In this document: piece after piece, positions 53,770 to 63,341 of the stretch
Numbering within the stretch: the stretch's first letter is position 1
Layout: every line of letters begins with the position of its first letter
Source: Desulfosoma sp.
Lineage (GTDB): Bacteria > Desulfobacterota > Syntrophobacteria > Syntrophobacterales > DSM-9756
Direction: 5' to 3'
DNA length: 64,000 nt
Assembly (NCBI GenBank): GCA_037481835.1
Contig: JBBFKW010000005.1
Coordinates: forward strand, 1 to 64,000
Program-made: the position numbers and the translations under genes
Notes under the pieces: generated by a model
What the model saw: the letters and a program-made list of their open reading frames with translations, nothing else
What the model was told of the DNA's origin: nothing
The model's database searches: none

Positions 53770-54035
53770 CATCCATCCCCATCGTGCGCCTATGATGACC
53801 GCAATTCAGCAGGGGAGGGTCCCCATGGACGATTCCGGAAGGGGGATTCATGGCCTTTCCTGAAAGTTCCTCCTTTGACGCACGCCATGACGCCCTCCCC
53901 GCCGAGTCTTGTTCGCACTCGATTCTACCGGGTTTTCTCCTCCAATTCCATTGATGCGGTTTGTTGGGCCGACGGGCCCGCGGAGGCTTTTTTTCGCCTA
54001 GAACCACAAAAGCCGGAAGGGAGGTGAAACAGTCA

Positions 54036-54149
54036 ATGCACATCTGAGGGGGTTCTGGGACACCGCCGAAGTCGGTGTGTCGCGTGATACCGCGACGATG
54101 TCAGGACATCCGTTTTTGTAGGTCATGTTGGACAGGAGGCCGGGAATGA
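54036..54149 (+). CDS. Putative leader ORF: M-H-I-stop minigene, or 37-aa selenopeptide if the UGA at 54045 is recoded
   Basis: SD AAGGGAGGTGA (54017-54027), ATG 54036, TGA 54045-54047, hairpin ACACCG/CGGTGT downstream; frame stays open to TGA 54147-54149, which overlaps the fdhA ATG. Confidence 0.4.
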
Positions 54150-57100
54150 AGCTGTCGCGTCGAGACTTTCTCAAGATTTCCGGGGCGGCGACGGCGGGTT
54201 TGGCTCTGAGCGGCTGCACGACCATGGGGTTCGAAAAAAAACCCGTGGAAGAAAAGGCGTGGAAGCTCAGAACCAAGGACGCCAAAGAAACGCCCACCAT
54301 ATGCTGTTACTGCGGGGTCGGGTGCGGCATCATTTGCCACACCGACCGACAGACGGGCAAGGTCATCTACACGGAAGGGGACGCCGATCACCCCATCAAC
54401 CAGGGTTCTTTGTGCGCCAAGGGGGCATCGTCCTACCAGCTGGCCGTCAACGACAAGAGGGTGACCAAGGTTCTTTACCGGGCACCCTACAGCGATAAGT
54501 GGGAAGAAAAGTCTTGGGATTGGGCGCTCAAGGAAATCGCCGCCCGCGTCAAAGCGAGCCGAGACAAGAGCTTTACGGAAAAGAACGCCAAAGGCGAAGT
54601 GGTCAATCGGTGTGATGGGATCGCCTCGGTGGGCAGCGCCGCCTTGGACAACGAAGAATGCTGGATCTACCAGGCCATGCTCCGCGCCCTGGGACTGGTC
54701 TACATCGAACACCAGGCCCGCATTTGACACAGCGCCACGGTAGCGGCTCTGGCAGAGTCGTTCGGACGCGGCGCCATGACGAATCATTGGATCGACCTCA
54801 AGAACAGCGACTGCATCCTCATCATGGGGAGCAACGCTGCGGAAAACCATCCCATCTCCTTCCGCTGGATCATGAAGGCCAAGGATCGAGGAGCCACCCT
54901 CATCCATGTGGATCCCCGTTTCACACGCACGTCTTCCAAAGCGGACTTTTACACCGCTTTACGGTCCGGGACGGACATCGCCTTCTTGGGAGGCATGATC
55001 AACTATATCCTCTCCAACAATCTTTACTTCAAAGACTACGTGGTCCACTACTCCAACGCGAGTTTTATCGTCGGAGAGAAATACAGTTTTAAGGACGGAT
55101 TGTTTTCGGGGTTCGACCCGGCGACACGAAAGTATGACAAGAGTACTTGGGCTTATGAACTGGATGAAAACGGAGTCCCCAAGAAAGATTACACCTTAAA
55201 GCATCCCCGCTGCGTCTTCCAGCTGTTGAAGAAACATTATTCGCGATACACTCTGGACAAGGTATCCAAAGTCACCGGAACGCCTAAGGACGATCTTAAG
55301 AAGGTCTACGAACTGTACAGCGCCACGGGAAAGCCGGACAAAGCGGGGACCATCCTTTATGCCATGGGTTGGACGCAGCATACCGTGGGCGTGCAGAACA
55401 TCCGGGCCATGTCCATCATCCAGATTCTTTTGGGCAACATGGGAATTGCCGGAGGCGGGGTGAACGCCCTGCGCGGGGAATCCAACGTGCAAGGGTCCAC
55501 AGACCACGGGCTTCTCTATCACATTTGGCCCGGATACAATCCGGTCCCCACGGGGTCGGTGCCGACCTTGGCCGACTATGTGAAGAAGTACACCCCGGTG
55601 TCGAAAGACCCTATGAGCGCCAACTGGTGGCAGAACCGGCCGAAGTACGTGGTGAGCTTCCTCAAGGCCATGTTTGGTGATGCCGCGGACGCTTCCAACG
55701 ATTTCGGCTATGCGTGGATGCCCAAGCTGGACGACGGCAAGGCCTATAGCTGGTTGGATCTCTTCGATGCCATGTACCGGGGGCAATTCACCGGCTTTTT
55801 CGCCTGGGGTCAAAATCCGGCGTGCAGCGGCGCCAATTCCACCAAAACGCGGGACGCATTGGCCAAACTGGACTGGATGGTCAACGTCAATCTTTTCCAG
55901 AACGAGACGGCCTCCTTCTGGCAAGGGCCCGGCGTGGACCCGAAGAAAATCAAGACGGAAGTGTTTTTCTTGCCGTGCGCCGCCTTTATGGAAAAGGAAG
56001 GGTCCATCACCAACTCGGGCCGTTGGGCCCAGTGGCGCTACAAGGCCCAGGATCCCCCCGGGGACGCCAAACCCGATGGGGACATCATCGTGGAACTCTT
56101 CGAAGAAATCCGGAAACTCTACGCCAAGGGCGGTGGAGCGTTCCCCGATCCCATCTTGAAGCTCAGATGGGACTACGCGACCAACGGCCGTTTCGATCCC
56201 CACAAAGTCGCCCGAATGATCAACGGCGAATACACCAAGGATGTGACGATCCAGGACAAGGCTTACAAGAAAGGACAGCCGGTCACCTCTTTCGCGGCCT
56301 TAAGAGACGACGGGTCCACTTCCAGCGGAAACTGGCTCTACTGCCAGAGCTACAACGAAGCTGGAAACAACATGGCGAAACGCGACACCAAGGACGCCAG
56401 CGGGATCGGTCTCTATGCCAACTGGGCGTGGGCCTGGCCGCTAAACCGACGCATCCTCTACAACCGCGCCTCCGTAGACCTCATGGGACGGCCGTGGAAC
56501 CCTCAACGCCCCGTGATCACTTTTGCCGGGGAAGTGAAGGAAGGCAAGTATGTGTCGTCCAAGTGGGTGGGCGACGTGCCCGACGGCGGCTGGTATCCCA
56601 TGATGAACCCGGACGGCACGCCGCGCACGGACAGCAAGTACCCCTTCATCATGAAGCCCCACGGATTCGCCGACATTTTCGGCCCGGGTCTGGCGGACGG
56701 TCCTTTTCCGGAACATTATGAGCCCATTGAATGTCCCGTGGAAAAGAATCTGTTCAGTTCCCAGTTCACCAATCCCGTGGCTGCGAAGTACGGCACTGAA
56801 AAGGACATCTATAAGACCTGCGATCCCCGGTATCCTTTTGTCGGCACCACGTATCGGGTGACTGAACACTGGCAGACGGGGGTGCTCACGCGCTGGCTGC
56901 CATGGCTGCTTGAAGCGGAACCACAGATCTTCGTGGAAATGAGCGAGCAGCTGGCCAAGCTGCGGGGCATCAAGAACGGAGAAACGGTGGTCGTGGAATC
57001 CGCCCGAGGTTCCGTGGAAGCCGTAGCCATCGTGACCAAGCGCTTCCGGCCTTTCCTCGTCCACGGTCAGGAAATCCACCAGGTGGGGCTGCCATGGCAT

Positions 57101-57229
57101 TACGGATGGGTGTGGCCGCCGCAAGGGGGTGAGAGTGCCAACCTGCTCACGCCGTCCACGGGAGACCCCAACACCCGCATTCCGGAAACCAAGGCTTTTA
57201 TGGTCAACGTGCGAAAGAAGGGAGCCTAG
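54146..57229 (+). CDS. fdhA: Formate dehydrogenase alpha subunit (FdnG/FdhA type), selenocysteine-containing, Tat-exported
   Basis: ORFs 54125-54727 and 54776-57229 are in the same frame, separated only by TGA 54725-54727 in EHQARI-U-HSATVAALAESFGRGAMTNHW; Tat motif SRRDFLK; CCYCGVGC Fe-S motif. Confidence 0.96.
54725..54761 (+). promoter_or_regulatory. Sec UGA codon and bacterial SECIS hairpin of fdhA
   Basis: TGA, then stem GCGGCTCT (54743-54750) / loop GGC / AGAGTCGT (54754-54761); G-starting loop 23 nt after the UGA. Confidence 0.85.
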
Positions 57230-57232
57230 GCC

Positions 57233-57964
57233 ATGGCAGGAATGAGCTTTTTCATCGACACGACCCGATGTACGGCCTGCCGTGGGTGCCAGATCGCATG
57301 CAAGAACTGGAACCAAAACGGCGCCAGTATGACCAAGAACACGGGAAGCCACCAGAACCCGCCGGATCTGGACGGCAATACGTTCAAGCTGGTGCGCTTC
57401 AGTGAATCGGAAGCGGCCGGCAAGCCGGTTTGGTACTTCTTTGCGGACCAATGCCGCCATTGCCTGGAGCCTCCGTGCAAGGACGCCATCGCCGGCTACA
57501 CGGACGGCGCGGTGATTCACGACGAGGAAACGGGCGCGGTGGTTTATAACGAAAAGACTAAAGGGGTGCCCATCGACGACGTGCGGGGAGCCTGCCCGTA
57601 CGACATTCCCCGGGCTCGCGAGGACGGCCGGATCGTCAAGTGCACCATGTGCATCGACCGGGTGAAAAACGGCCTGATTCCCGCCTGCGTCAAGGTGTGC
57701 CCTACGGGCGCCATGAACTTCGGCGTCCGTGAAACCATGTTGGAAATGGCCAAGAAGCGCCTGGCGGACCTCAAAGAAAAATACCCCAAGGCGCAGCTCC
57801 TCAATCCGGACGAGGTCCGGGTCATCTACCTCGTCGTGGACGATCCGGCAAAGTACCACAGCCATGCCGTGGCCAGTCTGAGCTCGGGCATCGACCGCAA
57901 GTTGGCCTTGCGAAGGCTGTTCCGGCCGGCGAAGACCTTGGTCCAGGGGTTGCCCATAGCGTAG
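57233..57964 (+). CDS. fdhB: Formate dehydrogenase iron-sulfur beta subunit
   Basis: CTACRGCQIACK, CRHCLEPPC, KCTMC...PACVKVCPTGA. Confidence 0.93.
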   Translation: MAGMSFFIDTTRCTACRGCQIACKNWNQNGASMTKNTGSHQNPPDLDGNTFKLVRFSESEAAGKPVWYFFADQCRHCLEPPCKDAIAGYTDGAVIHDEETGAVVYNEKTKGVPIDDVRGACPYDIPRAREDGRIVKCTMCIDRVKNGLIPACVKVCPTGAMNFGVRETMLEMAKKRLADLKEKYPKAQLLNPDEVRVIYLVVDDPAKYHSHAVASLSSGIDRKLALRRLFRPAKTLVQGLPIA

Positions 57965-58015
57965 CGGACACGGGCACAGGCCATCTGGTGCGCTGCGTTC
58001 GCCTTGTATGACGAC

Positions 58016-58047
58016 AAGAGGGACGGCTCGGTCCGTCCCTCTTTTTT
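58016..58047 (+). terminator. Rho-independent terminator after fdhB
   Basis: AAGAGGGACGG-CTCGGT-CCGTCCCTCTT followed by a T run. Confidence 0.85.
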
Positions 58048-58065
58048 CGACAAGAGGATGTTTCG

Positions 58066-58971
58066 ATGCTTTTGGATCCTGAAGCGAGAATGCGAAAGGC
58101 TGTGGCGTTCGCCCGCACGGCGAAGCCCGCCTACCAGGAACTCTACGATTTCCTCGAAAAACTGTTTTCGGCCCAACTGGCGGCGAAAAAACATCTTACC
58201 GTCCCCCCTACGCCCATGGATGCTTCGTTCATTCAAGCTCAGTGGCGTTCAGGGCGACCGTTGATGCGCCGCTGGGACTTTCCCCTGGATATTCATGCTG
58301 CGGAAGCGGTCCTTAAAGCCGTTACCGAGGCTGTACCGGCCGACAACCGGGAACTTTCCGGAGCCTGTTCGGCTTTGGCCCAAGCCCTGGCCAGCAATCC
58401 ATCGGCCAAAGACGCTGTCTGGGAAAGCTTTTTGCACCACGAATGGAACCCTTGGGAAGAATGGGTGGAGACGGCCGGGGTGGATCTGCCGTCGCTGCTC
58501 TATGTGGCCCGAAGCTGCCTTCGCCCCAGCGTGGAATGGACGGCGGAAGAACTCGTAAAAAACGCATCCCCTGACGAAACCTGGAAGGAAGGCCATTGCC
58601 CCATCTGCGGGTCTCTGCCCGCCCTCATTACCTTGGAAGGCCAAGGAGAGCGGCGGGCTCACTGTTCGTGGTGCGGCACGCCGTACCGCTTGGCCCGATT
58701 TCAGTGCCCGGTGTGCAACAATCGTCGTCACGATTCCCTCGGTTACCTCTATGCGGAAGAAGAGCCGCGGTACCGGATCGACTATTGCACGGAATGCCGC
58801 CACTACTTCAAAACCGTGGACACCCGTGAACTTTTGTGGCCGATCTGGACTCCGTTGGAAGAATGGACGACCCTCCACCTGGACCTGGTGGCCCAGCGGG
58901 CTCAATGGAAAACGCCTCCGTCGCCGGCTCCGGCCGTCTACGAAGCCGATACGCCCGCCGTTCCGTCTTGA
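58066..58971 (+). CDS. fdhE: Formate dehydrogenase accessory protein FdhE
   Basis: CPICGS, CSWCGT, CPVC, CTECRHYFK, LHLD. Confidence 0.9.
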   Translation: MLLDPEARMRKAVAFARTAKPAYQELYDFLEKLFSAQLAAKKHLTVPPTPMDASFIQAQWRSGRPLMRRWDFPLDIHAAEAVLKAVTEAVPADNRELSGACSALAQALASNPSAKDAVWESFLHHEWNPWEEWVETAGVDLPSLLYVARSCLRPSVEWTAEELVKNASPDETWKEGHCPICGSLPALITLEGQGERRAHCSWCGTPYRLARFQCPVCNNRRHDSLGYLYAEEEPRYRIDYCTECRHYFKTVDTRELLWPIWTPLEEWTTLHLDLVAQRAQWKTPPSPAPAVYEADTPAVPS

Positions 58972-59059
58972 CTCCCCGGGACCTTGCCGTCATTATGCCC
59001 AGAAGGGGTTGTTTGAACCCCGAGGGAGTCAAGAACGCGCCAACAGTTCAAGGACGACG

Positions 59060-60997
59060 ATGGTCATGGCCTTTATGCGACAGTGGCCGAGCCTTTACCG
59101 GGAGCGCTCGGGGAACGCGTCGGAGGTTCTCGCCAAGGTTTTACAAGACGGATGCCGGGTCTTCGTGGGATCGGCGGCGGCCGAACCTCAGCATCTAGTC
59201 CGGACCCTGGTGGAACTGCTTCCTCGGTATCGCGATGTGGAGATCTTCCAGGCCTTGTCCATGGGGGCCCTGCCCGAGGACTGGTCCGGGCTGGCCCCGC
59301 ACGCCCGGTTGCGGACGTTTTTTCTCGGGCCGAAGAGCCGCAAAGCGGCCAACTCGGGACTGGCGGACTACATTCCCCTCTATTTCAGCCAGGTGCCCAA
59401 GCTCCTTCGGGAAGAAAGTCCCTTGAGCCGTGATGTGTGCCTCGTCCAAGTCTGCCCGCCCGACGCCCACGGGTTCTGTTCTTTGGGCATCGGGGTGGAC
59501 ATCGCAAAGATCGCCGCGGAACATTCCCAAGTGGTGATCGCGCAGGTCAACCCCCGCATGCCCCGAACCCTGGGAGACACCTTTGTGCATGTGAGCCGGA
59601 TTCATCACTTTGTGGAGTATGAGGAGCCTTTGCTGGAGATGACCTACGGGGAAAAGAGCGCCATGGCCGAACGCATGGCCCGCTACGTCTCCAGCCTGGT
59701 CGATGACGGCGCCACGATCCAAGTGGGTTTGGGGCGGATCACCAATGCGGTCCTCAGGCACCTTGCCGACAAGAACGATTTGGGCGTCCACTCGGAAATG
59801 ATCACTGACGTCCACCTGGAACTCATTCACAAAGGGGTCATCACGGGCCGCCGCAAATCCCTGCACCGGGGCAAGGTGATCACGAGCTTCTGCATCGGAT
59901 CGCGGGACCTTTACGACTTCGTCCACAACAACCCTCAGGTGGAATTCCACCCCATCGACTACGTGAACAACAGCCGCATCATCAGCCAAAACGATCAGAT
60001 GACGGCCATCAATTCCGCCCTGGAAATCGATCTGACGGGGCAAGTGTGCGCCGATTCCATCGGCCATAGGATCTACAGCGGCATCGGCGGGTATGTGGAT
60101 TTCATGCTGGGCGCTTCGGGAGCCCATCGCGGCAAGACGATCATCGTGTTGCCGTCCACGAGTCCGGACGGGAGAAAGTCGCGGATCGTGAGCCGATTGA
60201 CGGACGGCGCGGGGGTGGTCAGTTCCCGCAGCGTGGTCCAATACGTGGTCACAGAATTCGGCATCGCTTACCTGCACGGCAAGACGATTCGCGAAAGGGC
60301 TTTGGCGCTCATCAACATCGCCCATCCCAAGTTCCGCGAAAAACTCCTGGAAGAGGCCAAGAGCCTGCGCTATGTCTACCAGGATCAGATTCTCCCGCCC
60401 GTTTTCGAACCGCTCTATCCGGGCCAATGGGAAACCCACCAGATTTTCCCGGAAAACGAGAAGGTTTTCTTCCGCCCCATCAAGCCGACGGACGAGCGGG
60501 CCCTGCAGGAATTCTTTTACTCCCTTCCCGATCAGGACATTTATTACCGTTTCCTTTCGGCCATGCGCGTCTTTCCCCATCGCGACACTCAGGCCATGTG
60601 CAATATCGACTACGAACAGGAAATGGCCATCGTGGGCGTCATCGGAGAAATCGGCTCGGAAACCATCATCGGGTTGGGGCGCTACATATTGGATCAGAAG
60701 ACCAACATGGCCGAAGTGGATTTCGCCGTGCGCGCGGAATGGCAGCGCAAGGGCATCGGAACCTTTTTGCTCCACTACCTGTGCGAAATCGCCAAGGCCA
60801 AAGGCATTACGGGCTTTACGGCCTACGTGCTGGCGTCCAACCGAAAGATGCTTTCGGTTTTCCATAAAGTCGGCTATGTGATTCACAGCACCCTGGAAGA
60901 TGGGATTTACGAAATCGCTTTTCGCTTCGACGAGCCCGCCCGGGTGTGCTTGACGGAACCTTCGGAATGTTCCTCTGAGGAGTCCCGCGCCCCATGA
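59060..60997 (+). CDS. Acetyl-CoA hydrolase/transferase fused to a C-terminal GNAT acetyltransferase
   Basis: QVNPRMPRT, DLGVHSEM, EIDLTGQVCADSIG, YSGIGG, VVTEFG; GNAT FRPIKPTD...AEVDFAVR.EWQRKGIG. Confidence 0.9.
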   Translation: MVMAFMRQWPSLYRERSGNASEVLAKVLQDGCRVFVGSAAAEPQHLVRTLVELLPRYRDVEIFQALSMGALPEDWSGLAPHARLRTFFLGPKSRKAANSGLADYIPLYFSQVPKLLREESPLSRDVCLVQVCPPDAHGFCSLGIGVDIAKIAAEHSQVVIAQVNPRMPRTLGDTFVHVSRIHHFVEYEEPLLEMTYGEKSAMAERMARYVSSLVDDGATIQVGLGRITNAVLRHLADKNDLGVHSEMITDVHLELIHKGVITGRRKSLHRGKVITSFCIGSRDLYDFVHNNPQVEFHPIDYVNNSRIISQNDQMTAINSALEIDLTGQVCADSIGHRIYSGIGGYVDFMLGASGAHRGKTIIVLPSTSPDGRKSRIVSRLTDGAGVVSSRSVVQYVVTEFGIAYLHGKTIRERALALINIAHPKFREKLLEEAKSLRYVYQDQILPPVFEPLYPGQWETHQIFPENEKVFFRPIKPTDERALQEFFYSLPDQDIYYRFLSAMRVFPHRDTQAMCNIDYEQEMAIVGVIGEIGSETIIGLGRYILDQKTNMAEVDFAVRAEWQRKGIGTFLLHYLCEIAKAKGITGFTAYVLASNRKMLSVFHKVGYVIHSTLEDGIYEIAFRFDEPARVCLTEPSECSSEESRAP

Positions 60998-61689
60998 GTT
61001 GGTTGAGCCCTGCATCGGGAACGCCCCAATTTTTGCCCGAAACTTCACCCTCCTCTTTGACCGGATCCATCGACCCCAAGCACCTCGCCTTCGACATCGA
61101 CGGTGTGGTGGCGGACACCATGAAGGTTTTTGTGGACTTGGCGCGAGAGCGCTACGGGCTCCGTTATCTCACCAAAGAGCACCTGACGTGCTACGACCTG
61201 CGCCGTTGCGTGGCTGCTCCCACCCATGTGATCGACGAACTCATCTGCCTGACCCTCGACGACGAGCACACCGCCAGGATCCCGGCCATGGAAGGCGCCG
61301 CCCATGTTCTCGAGCAGCTGGCTGAGAGAGGCCCCCTGCGCTTCGTCACAGCTCGGGTATGGCCGGAATCCATTGAAAGGTGGTTGCACGCGCTTCTGCC
61401 CCGGATCGATCGCCGAGCCATCACGGTCATCGCGACGGGGGATCCTGAACGCAAACACGCCATCCTCCATGCCATGGAGGTGCGTCATTTTGTGGAAGAC
61501 CGTTTGGAAACCTGCCATCTCTTGGCTCGAAACGGCATTCAACCCATCCTTTTTGATCAGCCTTGGAATCGGGAACCGGCGCCTTTCCCAAGGGTTTCCA
61601 CATGGTATGAGCTTGCAGAGATTCTCAAACTCGGCCGGCCCCCGGAATCGACGTCGGAGACGACCGTCGAACGCACGCCCGAAGGGTAA
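60994..61689 (+). CDS. HAD superfamily hydrolase (5'-nucleotidase NT5C-like)
   Basis: AFDIDGVVADT, FVTAR, FVEDRLET, FDQPWN. Confidence 0.85.
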   Translation: MSWLSPASGTPQFLPETSPSSLTGSIDPKHLAFDIDGVVADTMKVFVDLARERYGLRYLTKEHLTCYDLRRCVAAPTHVIDELICLTLDDEHTARIPAMEGAAHVLEQLAERGPLRFVTARVWPESIERWLHALLPRIDRRAITVIATGDPERKHAILHAMEVRHFVEDRLETCHLLARNGIQPILFDQPWNREPAPFPRVSTWYELAEILKLGRPPESTSETTVERTPEG

Positions 61690-61694
61690 CGACG

Positions 61695-62417
61695 ATGCTC
61701 AAACGCGTGCCAAACCAGCCGACTTTTCAAATCAAAGCGGACCGAGACGGTTTTCTTCTGATTTTGAACGGAGGCTTTCCGCTGGATGACATCCTGGATG
61801 ATCTGCGCAAGAAGGTCATCGAGTCCCGCGGATTTTTTCAAAAGGCCCGCATGATCCTGGATCTGAGGGAAAGGGTTTTTAGCGCAGACGAAGTGCAGGT
61901 CATCCGCACCCTTCTGGAAGATGTGGGCGGCATTGAACTCCATGAAATCCGTCTGGGCGAAAATCTCCAATCGTTCTTGAGATGGGCTTCCGGTCTGCTT
62001 GGGATCACTGTGTCGGTGCCCGCTTTGAACCACGCGACGTCGGCTTCCTGTGGAGAGGACGATCCCGGTCCCATGGGGGATAAGGACCTTCAGAGCGCCC
62101 CGCTGGTCGTGCGCCAAACCTGCCGGTCCGGCACGCGCATCGAATCCCCCGCGGAACTCATCATCCTCGGGGATGTGAATCCCGGGGCGGAGATCCTGGC
62201 TGCGCGGGACATTATCGTTTTTGGAACCTTGCGGGGCATCGCCCATGCCGGCGTTTACGGCGACCGATCCGCCAAGATCTGGGGCCTGCACATCGAACCG
62301 CAACAGCTGCGCATCGCCGATGTGGTGGCGGTTCCCCCCCGGGAACGGACAGCCAAACCCAAACGCTACGAAGTCGCCGAAGTGCAAGGGGACCGCATTC
62401 AGGTGACCCGTTTCTGA
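61695..62417 (+). CDS. minC: Septum site-determining protein MinC
   Basis: TCRSG...ILGDVNPGAEILA...GTLRGIAHAG...QLRIA; precedes minD. Confidence 0.92.
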   Translation: MLKRVPNQPTFQIKADRDGFLLILNGGFPLDDILDDLRKKVIESRGFFQKARMILDLRERVFSADEVQVIRTLLEDVGGIELHEIRLGENLQSFLRWASGLLGITVSVPALNHATSASCGEDDPGPMGDKDLQSAPLVVRQTCRSGTRIESPAELIILGDVNPGAEILAARDIIVFGTLRGIAHAGVYGDRSAKIWGLHIEPQQLRIADVVAVPPRERTAKPKRYEVAEVQGDRIQVTRF

Positions 62418-62532
62418 AGCCATTTGTCAGATTGACAATCTGCCGGGAGCTTGAAAAACGCCTTACGGACATACCGCCCCGAAGCCGAATCGGCTTTGAG
62501 GAACCCAAAGCAGAGGCAAGGAAGGACGCACC

Positions 62533-63327
62533 ATGGCAGGACAAACACTCGTTGTCACCTCAGGGAAAGGGGGCGTCGGCAAGACCACGACCGTCGCCAA
62601 TCTGGGGACGGCCCTGGCCAAGAAGGGCTACAAAGTCGTCCTCATCGACGCGGACATCGGCCTTCGCAATCTGGATGTGGTCATGGGGTTGGAAAACCGC
62701 ATCGTCTACAACCTTGTGGACATCGTGGAGGGCAAGTGCCGCATCGAACAGGCCATGATTCGAGACCGGAAGCTAAAGACCCTGCACATCATTCCCGCGG
62801 CCCAAACCCGCGAAAAGGATGCGGTCACGCCCGAACAGATGAAAACCCTGTGCGAAGAATTGGCCGCGGAAAACGACTATGTCATCGTCGACTGCCCGGC
62901 GGGCATTGAACGGGGCTTCAAGAACGCCATCGCCGGGGCCCAAAGGGCCCTCGTGGTCACCACCCCGGAAGTCTCCGCCATTCGAGATGCGGACCGGGTC
63001 ATCGGTCTTCTGGAAGCCAACATGCTCAAGGATATCCACCTGATCATCAACCGGCTGAACGTCAAGATGGTGAAAAAAGGGGACATGATGTCCACAGCGG
63101 ACATCGTCTCTTTGCTGTCCATTCCCCTGATCGGCGTCATTCCGGAAAGCAGCGAGGTGGTTGTGTCCACCAACCGCGGCGTGCCTCTGGTTCATGAGCG
63201 AGGAAGCCGTGTCGGCCAGGCTTTCCAAAAGATCGCCGCCCGTCTGAACGGCGAAAACATCCCCTTGGACGACGACGATGATGACAGCGGGTTCTTGAGC
63301 CGATTCAAGCGGATTTTCGGGGGCTGA
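62533..63327 (+). CDS. minD: Septum site-determining ATPase MinD
   Basis: SGKGGVGKTT, DIGLRNLD, TPEVSAIRDADR, C-terminal FLSRFKRIFG amphipathic helix. Confidence 0.98.
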   Translation: MAGQTLVVTSGKGGVGKTTTVANLGTALAKKGYKVVLIDADIGLRNLDVVMGLENRIVYNLVDIVEGKCRIEQAMIRDRKLKTLHIIPAAQTREKDAVTPEQMKTLCEELAAENDYVIVDCPAGIERGFKNAIAGAQRALVVTTPEVSAIRDADRVIGLLEANMLKDIHLIINRLNVKMVKKGDMMSTADIVSLLSIPLIGVIPESSEVVVSTNRGVPLVHERGSRVGQAFQKIAARLNGENIPLDDDDDDSGFLSRFKRIFGG

Positions 63328-63341
63328 AAGGAGACGTCGTC

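Noticed and set aside
53825..53954. Other small ORFs in the fdh leader (MDDSGRGIHGLS; MAFPESSS...)
   Set aside because: Weaker SD, no coupling to a downstream gene and no motif
53770..54140. Known Moco/Wco riboswitch in the fdh leader
   Set aside because: I could not match the conserved Moco motif sequence by eye; left as an unassigned structured leader
54125..57229. fdhA as two genes or a nonsense pseudogene
   Set aside because: The TGA is in frame at the conserved Sec position and is followed by a SECIS hairpin
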